A DNA stretch of 20,000 nucleotides from an uncultured virus (IMG/VR IMGVR_UViG_3300044616_001484) (lineage: Duplodnaviria; Heunggongvirae; Uroviricota; Caudoviricetes): IMG/VR virus record IMGVR_UViG_3300044616_001484; one strand, given 5' to 3'. The position numbers and the translations under genes were made by a program. The notes below the pieces were generated by a model, which saw only the letters and a program-made list of their open reading frames with translations, made no database searches and was not told the origin of the DNA. Positions 1 to 9,393 of the stretch are shown one piece after another (position 1 is the first letter of the stretch; each line of letters opens with the position of its first letter).

Positions 1-111
1 CATCTCTACTGAGAGTTCCAAAACACAATCCATAAAAGATAGATTTGTAGATTTTACTCTATCTAAAACTTTATTTGAAAACTTTTCTTTGGCTGCTTCA
101 TCTATATACAT
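1..111 (-). CDS. N-terminal part of a T4 gp33-like late-promoter transcription co-activator (runs off the window)
   Basis: Manual translation MYIDEAAKEKFSNKVLDRVKSTNLSFMDCVLELSVEM resembles the F..V...V....S-Y/F-xD pattern of gp33 homologues. CTAAATA lies upstream on the minus strand (176-182). Not in the ORF track. Confidence 0.55.
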   Translation of the reverse strand, partial: MYIDEAAKEKFSNKVLDRVKSTNLSFMDCVLELSVEM

Positions 112-144
112 GGTACTAATCTACTGTTAAAGGGACTAAAAGCA

Positions 145-182
145 ATAAATAAAAGTATCTAAATATTCCTAGAACTATTTAG
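145..182. promoter_or_regulatory. Divergent T4-type late promoter motifs
   Basis: ATAAATA 145-151 and CTAAATA 159-165 on +, CTAAATA on - at 176-182, between divergent genes. Confidence 0.55.
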
Positions 183-201
183 ACTCATTTAAGGAAGAAA
201 T

Positions 202-1179
202 ATGCCATCACCATCACCGTTTGGTCCACAAGATGATAACGTAATTATTGAAACAGGCGGTTTGACATTCTTTGTCGCCACAGATTCTGTCGTATTTGCT
301 GGTGTTACGGCACAGTTCCAATTACAAAAATTGGCATTTGGTCCTACTGGTTCTGCCCAAATTGTTGACTCCTCCAATGGTCTTCCTGTAAATGTTATTG
401 CTGGTGGTATAACAGCCAATCTAGTTGGATTCTGTGGTGCGGTTCAAGGTATTGTTGGTGGAACACCGGTAACTGTTGATGGAACAGTTTATGTTACTGG
501 TATAACAAGCGCACCAGCCTATGTTAGAACTGCTTCAGGTTATCAAGTAGAAATCACAGGTGGTGTACCACTAAACAAAACAAAAGATGCAATTTCTGTA
601 TTCGGGCCATCTGGAAGCACGTGGATTTACTCCAATTTAGTAAATTCATCTGGAACAGAAATTGGAAATTCTGCAAATCCAATGTTTGTTCAAATAAGTG
701 GAGCAACAATCAATGCCCTTATCAATCCTATTGTGGGAGTAACAAATAGTGCTTTTTCTCCGTTGTTTATATCAGGTGTATGCGGAGCAACTGCAGTTTC
801 AGTCAATGTCGGAAATACTGTTGGTGTAAATGATACCGCCATTCTTACGGGAATGACTGCAATTTACGGTCAACTTTTGTCATTAAATTTGGGATTGGCT
901 ACGGCAATGCCAACGGATTTCAAAACCGGAAGAACATCTTCTACATATCCAGCAGTACAACAACTAGATTCTGGTTACACCTGTGGCAAGGGAGTTTCAA
1001 TAAAGGCACTTTCAACCAACACAGATTTTGTTTATATTGGTAATTCCGGTTCTTTCTCTGGAAGCGTAGGTCACGCTTTAGATCCCGGTGATAGTGTTTT
1101 CTTGACAATTAGTAATTTAAATAAAGTTTACATTGTATCTGCAAGTTCTACACAGACAGTCACATACATAGCTTCATAA
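202..1179 (+). CDS. Probable virion structural protein (Gly/Thr/Val/Ser-rich, beta-rich)
   Basis: 325-aa ORF with AAGGAAG RBS and late motifs upstream; composition typical of tail or virion proteins. Confidence 0.6.
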   Translation: MPSPSPFGPQDDNVIIETGGLTFFVATDSVVFAGVTAQFQLQKLAFGPTGSAQIVDSSNGLPVNVIAGGITANLVGFCGAVQGIVGGTPVTVDGTVYVTGITSAPAYVRTASGYQVEITGGVPLNKTKDAISVFGPSGSTWIYSNLVNSSGTEIGNSANPMFVQISGATINALINPIVGVTNSAFSPLFISGVCGATAVSVNVGNTVGVNDTAILTGMTAIYGQLLSLNLGLATAMPTDFKTGRTSSTYPAVQQLDSGYTCGKGVSIKALSTNTDFVYIGNSGSFSGSVGHALDPGDSVFLTISNLNKVYIVSASSTQTVTYIAS

Positions 1180-1183
1180 AATA

Positions 1184-2479
1184 ATGTTTAATCCTACATT
1201 AAATAATGTAAGAAATTATAAAAATTATGGTATTTCCGTATATGGAAATACCTATGATCCTGTATTCACAAAAGGTTGGTTAAATTCCAGACCAAATATT
1301 TCTATATCTGGAACAACTTGTTATTTTGATTACTCAAATATTTTTGATACATCTGATAGAACTTTCTTAAAGAAGACTTTTGGTGTAATACCAGCAGGCA
1401 CAACTTTTTATGTTTCAGATATACAATACTACGATGAAAATGCAAATTATCGAACCGTAGTAGGTGGAACATGTTTATTCAACTCCACATTTAATGATGG
1501 AAAAGTAATTATAGGAAATGTTGTAAGCGGATTTACATTTAATCAAAATTACAATTTCTTTAGTCAAGAAAATATTGTAACTGCTCCACAATACCAATTT
1601 TCTTACACCGGTTCTACGGGCTTTAACTATATTTTAAATCAATTCCCAAATGTAAATCAAACCAATCTAAAAAGAATGGGATTTTTGGGAAATAAATTTA
1701 ATTTTGAAGAATATGTTGAAATATCTGGAGCAACAGGATTGAATTACGGCAAGTTAAAAATAGATTCTGTAATAACTCTAAAAGATTCTCAAGAAGCATT
1801 ATATTTAACTGGAACTGCCCAAAATCAAAATCTAACACAAACTGCAACTGAACTAAAAATGTTTATTCGCGGTGGCTCAGATGTTGATGAAATTCAAAAA
1901 CCACAAAATGTTTTGGGAATTTACCGTATTCACAACTCTGATAACCAATTGGTAAATTGCTACGAAAACCAAAACGAATATCAAGTACATTTAAGAAAAC
2001 AAACTTTGGGGTCTACTTATAGTGGTTATTGGGTTCAATGCGAATCTTGTCCAACAACAGTATACGGAGAAGATGTAGCAGTTGAAGACTTTATATCAAA
2101 CATGTTGTTTGATAATATGTTGTTTGTTTATATAAACACAACAGTCACAACATCATTCCCCGATTTTACTCCTGTATACAATAGAACTTTGTTAACACAA
2201 AGAAACTTTACGGGAAATCCGCAAAATGCTTCTTCTCTCACATTCTCAATTAGAACAGGTCTAAAAATAGACTTGAGCCATTCATCTTTACAAAACTGGA
2301 ACTTTGAAGTTTATATTGATCCTGCATATACAGTTCCTCTTTCGGTTGGATTTGTAAAAACGGGAACTCCGGGTTTTAATAATGCTTTTGTTTTAGTACA
2401 AAGAAATGAAAATACCCCAAATCAACTTTATTGTAAATTTGTGGGTCCATCTGTTCTTCCACTAACTCTTAGTATATAA
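1184..2479 (+). CDS. Hypothetical protein, probably virion-associated
   Basis: 431-aa ORF 4 nt after the previous stop, Asn/Thr/aromatic-rich, followed by a terminator. Confidence 0.55.
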   Translation: MFNPTLNNVRNYKNYGISVYGNTYDPVFTKGWLNSRPNISISGTTCYFDYSNIFDTSDRTFLKKTFGVIPAGTTFYVSDIQYYDENANYRTVVGGTCLFNSTFNDGKVIIGNVVSGFTFNQNYNFFSQENIVTAPQYQFSYTGSTGFNYILNQFPNVNQTNLKRMGFLGNKFNFEEYVEISGATGLNYGKLKIDSVITLKDSQEALYLTGTAQNQNLTQTATELKMFIRGGSDVDEIQKPQNVLGIYRIHNSDNQLVNCYENQNEYQVHLRKQTLGSTYSGYWVQCESCPTTVYGEDVAVEDFISNMLFDNMLFVYINTTVTTSFPDFTPVYNRTLLTQRNFTGNPQNASSLTFSIRTGLKIDLSHSSLQNWNFEVYIDPAYTVPLSVGFVKTGTPGFNNAFVLVQRNENTPNQLYCKFVGPSVLPLTLSI

Positions 2480-2508
2480 AAAAAGCTCCGATTGCTCGGA
2501 GCTTTTTT
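2478..2508. terminator. Bidirectional intrinsic terminator
   Basis: A-tract, AGCTCCGA-ttgc-TCGGAGCT, T-tract, between convergent genes. Confidence 0.85.
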
Positions 2509-2528
2509 CTAACGTGTTTGATTATTAA

Positions 2529-2765
2529 TCAGCGCGAACGATTACGAGCAACACGATAATAAGAACGGCCATTGCGAGTCTCACGAACTACGGTGTAGTT
2601 CATATCAAAACGATCAAAAGCCTCACGGAGATCGTGCATGGTAGCACGCATGTTGCTGACTCGGAAACGCTTCCGAGCCTCACCTGCTGTTAGCGTAGAG
2701 CCGCCACGCATGTAATCAAACACTCTTTGAATCTTAGTAGGACGATCAACTGTAGTAATTTCCAT
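2529..2765 (-). CDS. Small basic winged-helix DNA-binding protein
   Basis: 78 aa, Arg-rich; LTAGEARKRFRVSNMRATMHDLRE helix-turn-helix-like segment followed by a beta-hairpin wing; AAAGGA RBS. Confidence 0.65.
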   Translation of the reverse strand: MEITTVDRPTKIQRVFDYMRGGSTLTAGEARKRFRVSNMRATMHDLREAFDRFDMNYTVVRETRNGRSYYRVARNRSR

Positions 2766-2794
2766 ATAAATTTCCTTTCTTATAAGAAGTTGTC

Positions 2795-2830
2795 ATAATA
2801 TATCCCTTATACATCGTATGTCAAGTAATT
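2795..2830 (-). promoter_or_regulatory. Sigma70-type promoter for the wHTH gene
   Basis: Minus strand reads AATTAC-TTGACA (2819-2824), then TATATT (16-nt spacer) or TATTAT (18-nt spacer). Confidence 0.65.
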
Positions 2831-2860
2831 CCCTAAATAATTCTGACTGAAGGAGGCTCT

Positions 2861-3460
2861 ATGGGACAGAACAATCATCAGTTCGTAAAATTTGTGAGGC
2901 AACATCTCGCAGAATACGGTATGAAACTTATTATTGGCCGTGGAAAGCATGTAAATGTAGATGGTTTCCGTTGTTCTGGCTATTTTGATGAATCTGGAAA
3001 GGCTATTGCCGTGGCAGGCAAAGCAAATGAATTTATGCATGTACTGGTCCATGAATATTGCCATTTTTTACAATATATAAACAACTCTAAAATTTATACC
3101 AAGTCCTATGATGCATCTTATATAGTTGATGCTTGGTTAAAAGGAAAAAATTATCCCATCAAAAAAGTAAAACGGGCTTTTTTTATTGTACGAGCCATGG
3201 AGAGAGACTGTGAAAGACGGGCTATGAAGATCATCAAAGACTTCAACCTAGCCATTAACAGCAAAATATATGCAAAACGAGCCCACGTATACATCTACAG
3301 CCACTTTTTGATGGAAAAAACTCGTAAATTTCACTCATACAAGCGAAATCCATACTATAGCAAGTATGTTTTAAAGATTATGCCATCGAATATGGCAGTT
3401 CTTAGCCATAAAACAATTCCACCGAAGGTTTATTCGGTATTAGAATCGTTTACAATCTGA
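2861..3460 (+). CDS. HEXXH zinc metallopeptidase-like protein
   Basis: VLVHEYCHFLQY motif with downstream MERDCE; AAGGAGG RBS; CTAAATA at 2833-2839. Confidence 0.6.
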   Translation: MGQNNHQFVKFVRQHLAEYGMKLIIGRGKHVNVDGFRCSGYFDESGKAIAVAGKANEFMHVLVHEYCHFLQYINNSKIYTKSYDASYIVDAWLKGKNYPIKKVKRAFFIVRAMERDCERRAMKIIKDFNLAINSKIYAKRAHVYIYSHFLMEKTRKFHSYKRNPYYSKYVLKIMPSNMAVLSHKTIPPKVYSVLESFTI

Positions 3461-3795
3461 GATTTTAAATATTTTGATACAAACAATTTAATATCTTCAT
3501 TGTCATAGGGCCATCTGTCGTTTTTATCCATAAACTTATAATGAATCAATGATTCAATGTGCTCATCCATCATACGTAAAGATTCGTCATCAATTGCCCA
3601 TTTAATTTCATCTTCTGTATTTTTAATTGGTCCAGTAGAACCATTTTGTTCTGCTACGATTAAATCTCCAATTTTGGCAAGGTTGCCAAGAATTTCCATT
3701 GATTTTGCGCATTGAAAAAAAAGATCCTTTTTAACAGGATCTTCTTCTTTGCGAGCCAAATTGCGAATTTCGTAAACTAGCTCTGGGATTTTCAT
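3430..3795 (-). CDS. Hypothetical protein
   Basis: 121-aa ORF with AGGAG RBS; 31-nt convergent overlap with the preceding gene. Confidence 0.7.
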   Translation of the reverse strand: MKIPELVYEIRNLARKEEDPVKKDLFFQCAKSMEILGNLAKIGDLIVAEQNGSTGPIKNTEDEIKWAIDDESLRMMDEHIESLIHYKFMDKNDRWPYDNEDIKLFVSKYLKSQIVNDSNTE

Positions 3796-3807
3796 TTCAG
3801 TAACTCC

Positions 3808-4170
3808 TTAACTTAGTGTTAGGAGATACTTGGTTTGTTGAATCAAAGCAAGCATCTCATCACGTATATTTAACAGTGCTGTTTGATCTGGTTTTATTTC
3901 TTTTGGTAATTCATTCTTTAAATAATCTTCAAATGAATCTAATACTGAACCTATGCTAATTTTAAATGGACCATTTAATTTTAGTTCAGCAAAGTCTTTC
4001 AATTCCTGCTTTCCCTTTACTCCCATGTAGGTTTCTGCAAAAGCATCCAATAATGGATCTATACCTTCATACAGTTTACCTAAAGCCTTGTGAGCCGCAT
4101 AAGATTGAGTTCCCCAATGATGAAGACGAATTTCGTTATTAAAGTTTAAGATTTTTTGAATGCAGGACAT
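3808..4170 (-). CDS. Ferritin/Dps-like four-helix bundle protein (DUF5856-type)
   Basis: HHWGTQSYAAHKALGKLYE...D.FAETYMG and LLNIRDEML...KYLLTL motifs; AAGGAAA RBS; ATAAATA on - at 4187-4193. Confidence 0.8.
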   Translation of the reverse strand: MSCIQKILNFNNEIRLHHWGTQSYAAHKALGKLYEGIDPLLDAFAETYMGVKGKQELKDFAELKLNGPFKISIGSVLDSFEDYLKNELPKEIKPDQTALLNIRDEMLALIQQTKYLLTLS

Positions 4171-4185
4171 AATGTTTCCTTAAAG

Positions 4186-4821
4186 TTATTTATTTTCTTC
4201 AGTATCTGGCTTTATAGTTTCATTTATAGCTGTTGCGGCACCCTTCAACGAATCAAACGCATCTACAACATTAAATCCATTTCCAACTTCCGGACCAAAC
4301 TTTTTAAGTGGGCATGCGATTGTTGGCATATAGAGCTTTTGTGACAATGCAGCTCTAGGGTTTCCTACCTTACAACCACACCCACCTTTGCACCAGCCTA
4401 TTGGCTCGGTTTCTGGAACAGGATTTAACTTATAGTCACAAGCCAAGCATGTTTCTTTTCTTTTATTATAGATTTCATCGGAAACTTTTCCGTTTATAAA
4501 TTGTGATGCTTCAGCTTTTCCATATGAAATTACTTTCTTTAAAAGAGACGGTTCTTGTATTCTTACTTGTTCTGATGAAAGTTTTTTAGGAGCAAATTTA
4601 GATTTATCAAAATCAACTACCCGTTCTCTTTTTTCGCACTTTAAACAATCAGTCCATTTTGGGTTATTTAAAACATTTAATGCACATTTAATTTCACAAC
4701 CAGAAGAATCAGTAGACCAATGTTTGCAATTTATTTTTTGTCTATCAATTCTCGTATTTCCGTTTCCGGAATCACAATGATAATATTCATTTAAAAAAAT
4801 GTCTAAAGGTATGTTATTCAT
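4186..4821 (-). CDS. Cys-rich probable metal-binding protein
   Basis: CxxC...C-x3-CGC...KL-x5-ACPLKKF motif plus an N-terminal Cys cluster. Confidence 0.6.
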   Translation of the reverse strand: MNNIPLDIFLNEYYHCDSGNGNTRIDRQKINCKHWSTDSSGCEIKCALNVLNNPKWTDCLKCEKRERVVDFDKSKFAPKKLSSEQVRIQEPSLLKKVISYGKAEASQFINGKVSDEIYNKRKETCLACDYKLNPVPETEPIGWCKGGCGCKVGNPRAALSQKLYMPTIACPLKKFGPEVGNGFNVVDAFDSLKGAATAINETIKPDTEENK

Positions 4822-4825
4822 AATT

Positions 4826-7800
4826 TTAACCGTATGTAATTTCTAAAAAGTCCGCATAACAAATATTTGGTTCAAGAGTTTGAGTTGTCTCGCATAATGG
4901 AAAATCTCCTATTGTAACTTTCATACAAGAAGCTTTTGATCTTATTGCTATACCAGCACCAAAAATTGAATCTGGATTAACAGGGCATATTTGTTCTTTT
5001 AACTGATCTGGCATTACAGACAATCCGACATCCGGACCATTTCCATATTCAAAAGAAGTTTGGTATTCTCCGCGCACAAGTGTGGGTAATTCCCCACCAG
5101 AATTTTCAAAAAGATAATATGGTTCTGAAAAATAAGAATATCTTGAACCATCAGATCTTTCAAAATCCACTTCATAACTTTTTCCGGTCTGACATTGACA
5201 TGCTGGATTGCATACTATATCATCACCGAGCCATTTTGGAAAATTTACTACTTGGTTGACTAATACTTTTGCATCTATTTGAAAGTAATAACCCATAGGA
5301 ATAAAATAGTATTCTAAAATTTGATAATCTAAAGTTTCTGTTATTTTTATTCTATAGACTAAATCTGGAGGCAAAGATTCTTCGAACTCATCACAAGGTC
5401 TTATGTATGGTCTTTTAGACAGCCATAATCTTGGTTCATTTACAATAATTTCTATATCCGATTGCAAATTGTTTGTAATAACAGAAACGAAATCACCAAG
5501 AGTCCCATATCCTGTAATTCTTTTTTCACACAATTCAAACCAGCCCTGCTCACTTGGAAAAGCACCATATGCGTTGCCAACACTCGGAATACCATATTTT
5601 GGTGAATCCTCTATTTGAGGATTATTAGGGTCTGGATGGCATCTTGGAATTCTGATGGTCATTCCTAAAACTTCTCTGCAGATTGGAGTATTTCTAGTAT
5701 TAAACCCTGTTATATTATTGTAAACCTCAAATATAAATGTTCCATTTGGATTGAAGGAGGTGGTACAACCAGTATATTTTCTTCCAAAATATCCACCAAG
5801 TATTGGAATCAGATCACATCTTGAAAAAGATGATGAATAATTTTTTGATTCTTTATTGCATCCAACATATACACATGAGACAATATCTGTCGGCAAACAA
5901 TCACAATTTACTGGTAAACTTGTATCAAAAGCATATCGTTGATAATCTTTTAAATCTGCACAAAGATCTGCATTCACTGAAATAGGCCAAACTAATTTAC
6001 CTTCCCAATATTTTTTTGGAAGAGAGGCCGTGCATCTTTCACTATTCCAACCACGATATTCTTCACAATTTAAATTTGGGTTTTCGGGAAAACAATTTGA
6101 ATTTATAAATGCTTGTAAAGTGCTTCCACATAAACCAGTTGCGGTAATTGGTAAACATCCTTTTTCAAATGGTCCATTTACTAGCATACCATCAATCGAT
6201 AATTCATTGGTTGCTGGAAGAGTATCTTCTGGTGTTACTCCAAATGGATACCAGAATTTTTTTACTTTACGGCACCACCATAACCAACCTTCACTTTTAG
6301 ACCAATATTGATCTGGTTTTTCATCTAAATTTTCACAACAATATTTTGGTTTAGAAAGATCTGTTAAACACGTTGTATTGCATCTGCAGCTGTAACAATC
6401 TGCTTCTGGTATCTTGCAATAACGACTACAAATCATAACATCACAGCAATCATTATATGTTCCGTTAAATGATGCTGCACCATTTCCACCTAAATCTGTC
6501 TTTGCAAGATTTGTTGGAGTACCTTCAACCAATCTTATTGAAGGACAATATGAGTTAACACATACTCCAACGTAAATATAGGTTTCTCCATTTAAAGTAA
6601 AACGTGGATGTGGTACGTCTAATTCTTCATTTTCTGGATCTTTGAAGTTTTCTAAAACTTGATATTGTTCATCTGTAAGACAAATATACATTTTAGCTGG
6701 TAGCTCAGTACTAGAATTACTAGTTTCAGTTGATTCCTCTTCTTGTTCTCCAAACGGTACAACTTCTACAACCTGACCACCAGTAGCACCCGTAGAACCT
6801 TCTGCAATTTCAGAACATGGGCAGTACTTATCAACCCACACAGCTGCTATGACGCCCGGTATACCTTGTTTAAATGGGTTATAATCATAACCAAATCCTA
6901 AAAATCTGGTAGAGCTATTTAAATTTTGGTCTGCCTGTAAATCAAAAACTATGTTTGCGCCACCACCCAGTCCAGCATGCCAGCCATAAACCACTGTATC
7001 AAGTGGATAATAATATATAAATGGATCGCAGACGCCACCCGGACCAAGATCTGAAGCATCTTCACTGTAATTTACATCATCAAAAGACGATCCACCTTGA
7101 TTGCTTGGCCATTTGCTTGCACCACCGCCACCACCGCTTCCTTGATCGCCACCGCCGCCAGCATATCGTCCGCCACCACCACCGCCACCATTGTTTGCAC
7201 CAGATCCCCCATAAAGCGTACCACCATTAAAAGCTGATGGACCTCCGGCCAATCCTGCAGAGTTTTTTCCACCACCATAACCACCAAAAGATCCATCTCC
7301 CCTATAACCATAAGTTATACCACCATACCCACCTCTTGCATCTCTTCCACCACCGCCACCAGCACCACCACCAACTATTGTGGGATCGCTATTGTCTTCA
7401 AGTTGTTCACCCATTAAAGACGGGAATCCACCAATATAATTATTGCCACCAATTCCAGCAAATCCTTCAAGAGCAAGACTAGCTTTTACTCTGCTTTGTA
7501 AAAGAGCGGAGTGACCACCTTTTGGTTCAGATTCATCCCATTCATATTGAGAACTACCACCACCAGACCTAGACAGCAGAATGACATCTCTGGTTGTATC
7601 AAATTGTTTTATTTCTGCAACCCATTTAACAGGACCTCTGTGTATGTATCCACTTTGGTCGTTTCCAAATGCAGGTTCTTGTGCTGTCCATCCGAAAAAT
7701 TTTTGTATACCACTGGTGATTCCTAAAAAACCATCATCACCACCGTAGCCGTATTCAATGCCTGTTATTATATTTGTAGTAGATCCACCACTTGAGCCAG

Positions 7801-7930
7801 ATGAACCAGATGCACCAGAAGCAGCACCAACATCACCATTGAGTGAATATATTCCAGATCTTCCATAATATCTACACGCAACAGCTACATGACGACCAAC
7901 TGGATTACAACAACACGCTTGTTTTGGCAT
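4826..7930 (-). CDS. Large Gly-rich/Cys-rich protein, probably a virion fibre or adhesin
   Basis: 1034 aa; poly-Gly domain in the N-terminal third, Cys-rich remainder; perfect TATAAATA and AAGGTG RBS upstream. Confidence 0.6.
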   Translation of the reverse strand: MPKQACCCNPVGRHVAVACRYYGRSGIYSLNGDVGAASGASGSSGSSGGSTTNIITGIEYGYGGDDGFLGITSGIQKFFGWTAQEPAFGNDQSGYIHRGPVKWVAEIKQFDTTRDVILLSRSGGGSSQYEWDESEPKGGHSALLQSRVKASLALEGFAGIGGNNYIGGFPSLMGEQLEDNSDPTIVGGGAGGGGGRDARGGYGGITYGYRGDGSFGGYGGGKNSAGLAGGPSAFNGGTLYGGSGANNGGGGGGGRYAGGGGDQGSGGGGGASKWPSNQGGSSFDDVNYSEDASDLGPGGVCDPFIYYYPLDTVVYGWHAGLGGGANIVFDLQADQNLNSSTRFLGFGYDYNPFKQGIPGVIAAVWVDKYCPCSEIAEGSTGATGGQVVEVVPFGEQEEESTETSNSSTELPAKMYICLTDEQYQVLENFKDPENEELDVPHPRFTLNGETYIYVGVCVNSYCPSIRLVEGTPTNLAKTDLGGNGAASFNGTYNDCCDVMICSRYCKIPEADCYSCRCNTTCLTDLSKPKYCCENLDEKPDQYWSKSEGWLWWCRKVKKFWYPFGVTPEDTLPATNELSIDGMLVNGPFEKGCLPITATGLCGSTLQAFINSNCFPENPNLNCEEYRGWNSERCTASLPKKYWEGKLVWPISVNADLCADLKDYQRYAFDTSLPVNCDCLPTDIVSCVYVGCNKESKNYSSSFSRCDLIPILGGYFGRKYTGCTTSFNPNGTFIFEVYNNITGFNTRNTPICREVLGMTIRIPRCHPDPNNPQIEDSPKYGIPSVGNAYGAFPSEQGWFELCEKRITGYGTLGDFVSVITNNLQSDIEIIVNEPRLWLSKRPYIRPCDEFEESLPPDLVYRIKITETLDYQILEYYFIPMGYYFQIDAKVLVNQVVNFPKWLGDDIVCNPACQCQTGKSYEVDFERSDGSRYSYFSEPYYLFENSGGELPTLVRGEYQTSFEYGNGPDVGLSVMPDQLKEQICPVNPDSIFGAGIAIRSKASCMKVTIGDFPLCETTQTLEPNICYADFLEITYG

Positions 7931-7950
7931 AAGACACCTTGATTACAAGA

Positions 7951-7958
7951 TATTTATA
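7951..7958 (-). promoter_or_regulatory. T4 consensus late promoter TATAAATA
   Basis: + strand TATTTATA, 20 nt upstream of the 1034-aa gene start. Confidence 0.7.
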
Positions 7959-8328
7959 GCCGCTGTATCCCGGCATCATCTGTGTAATAAATTTTGTGAA
8001 AAACTTCATCACACCACTTAGCACAAACAGGGCATGGCTTAGAATTTCTAAAGTTCCCAAAACGATTGAATCTAAAATTAAGAAGAACCAACTTCTTAGA
8101 TCTGAGGCCGTGGGGAATTTTTCTAAATGCATCCAACTCAGAATGCATCTCGGCACAACGGTACCCCAAACGAAAAGTGTCGGGGTGGGTCTTAAAAATA
8201 TTCTGACCCACCGCGACAATCTTTCGCTTGTAAATTATAAGAGAGATGTGCTTCTTCTGTCTCTCCATTGCCATAGAAAGCGGCTTGGCAATGGGCATGT
8301 ACGTTTCAATTATATTATCAAGAGTCAT
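7954..8328 (-). CDS. Zinc-dependent cytidine/dCMP deaminase-fold protein
   Basis: HSELDA (HxE) and SKPCPVC (PCxxC) catalytic motifs. Confidence 0.8.
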   Translation of the reverse strand: MTLDNIIETYMPIAKPLSMAMERQKKHISLIIYKRKIVAVGQNIFKTHPDTFRLGYRCAEMHSELDAFRKIPHGLRSKKLVLLNFRFNRFGNFRNSKPCPVCAKWCDEVFHKIYYTDDAGIQRL

Positions 8329-8332
8329 TCAA

Positions 8333-8641
8333 TCACGGCGTCAGCTTCAAAGCAGGTCCCTTGCCGAGACCAGTCGAAGGCGTGACAAGCCCCTTATTCA
8401 AACTTGCATCATACTGAGACTTGAGTTCTTCAAGCGGCTCAAGGCTGAATGCAATAAAACTGTGAGGAATTTCAACACCCTTAGCAGCCTTAGTATACAT
8501 CATCCAAGGCATGAGTCCAATTTGTCCTTGACCAACGGGAACCAGAATTGCTGGATCCTTGAGAGTCACGTGTGTATCGGTCATTTCAAATCTTGCTAAA
8601 ATTTCTTCGCCTGAGTTTAGTCTAAATACTTTTACGTTCAT
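8333..8641 (-). CDS. Sm-like domain protein of T4-like phages
   Basis: MNVKVFRLNSGEEILA...LKDPAILVP...GLMPW pattern; AAAGGA RBS; TTGCTA-N16-TATAAT upstream on - (8671-8698). Confidence 0.7.
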   Translation of the reverse strand: MNVKVFRLNSGEEILARFEMTDTHVTLKDPAILVPVGQGQIGLMPWMMYTKAAKGVEIPHSFIAFSLEPLEELKSQYDASLNKGLVTPSTGLGKGPALKLTP

Positions 8642-8709
8642 TTTGTTTCCTTTATAAAATGGTAAGAACTATTATACTTAGTATCATACTAATAGCAAGT
8701 ATTAATCCA

Positions 8710-9393
8710 ATGAAATCATTTAAAAACTTCTTAATCGAAATCGCACCACCAGCAGTAGAACAACAAAATGATGATCCATTTGGTGGAAATGAACAAATTA
8801 AAAAATTATATGGTGCAATTGTAGCAGCAGAGCATGAAGGGGCAAAACCAAAAGATCCTTATGCTTTCGATAAAAATTTATATATCCGCACAAAAGCTGG
8901 CGGTGGCAAATCCACAGCATACGGACCAACGCAAATTACAGTAAGTACTGCAAAAGGTTTTATGAAAACTCAACCAAATCTATTCAAAGGAATAGAGGGT
9001 TATTCAAAGCAATATGCAGATCAAGGAAATAAATTTTTAAAGGCTAATGTAAAAGATCCCCAATATGGATTGGGTTGTGTTGGTGATCTGTGTGATGAAA
9101 AGTATCATAAAGATTATCAAAAAATGTCATCTGCTGTAATTCAAGGAAAAGCAAAAGAAAAGAAGCTTGATTTAACCAAGCCTCTTTCCGATGAAGGTTT
9201 AAATACCTTTATCCAATACTGGCGTGGAGCAGATGAAAAAGCCGATCCACGTTATTTTAATCGCTTCAGAGAAGCATTCAAAGGAACTGAAGTTAAAAAG
9301 GCAACTCCTCCTCAACAACCTCAGCAACCCGCTGCAAAAACCACTCAGGTGCCGAAGAAGCCTTCCACTTCGCAAACCGCTCCTTCTCGTTAA
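8710..9393 (+). CDS. Lysozyme/lytic-transglycosylase-like protein with T4 internal-protein-type leader
   Basis: Likely start MKSFKNFLIE at 8710 rather than 8659; AIVAAE (candidate catalytic Glu) and STAYGPTQITVSTA resemble SLT motifs. Confidence 0.55.
   Translation: MKSFKNFLIEIAPPAVEQQNDDPFGGNEQIKKLYGAIVAAEHEGAKPKDPYAFDKNLYIRTKAGGGKSTAYGPTQITVSTAKGFMKTQPNLFKGIEGYSKQYADQGNKFLKANVKDPQYGLGCVGDLCDEKYHKDYQKMSSAVIQGKAKEKKLDLTKPLSDEGLNTFIQYWRGADEKADPRYFNRFREAFKGTEVKKATPPQQPQQPAAKTTQVPKKPSTSQTAPSR

Noticed and set aside
5403..7726. His-rich and other + strand ORFs opposite the 1034-aa gene
   Set aside because: Antisense read-out of Gly codons (CCA/CCN repeats).
8659..8709. Signal-peptide-like extension MVRTIILSIILIASINP
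   Set aside because: It overlaps the divergent promoter and AT-rich intergenic DNA; the 8710 start gives a recognisable leader. Not fully excluded.
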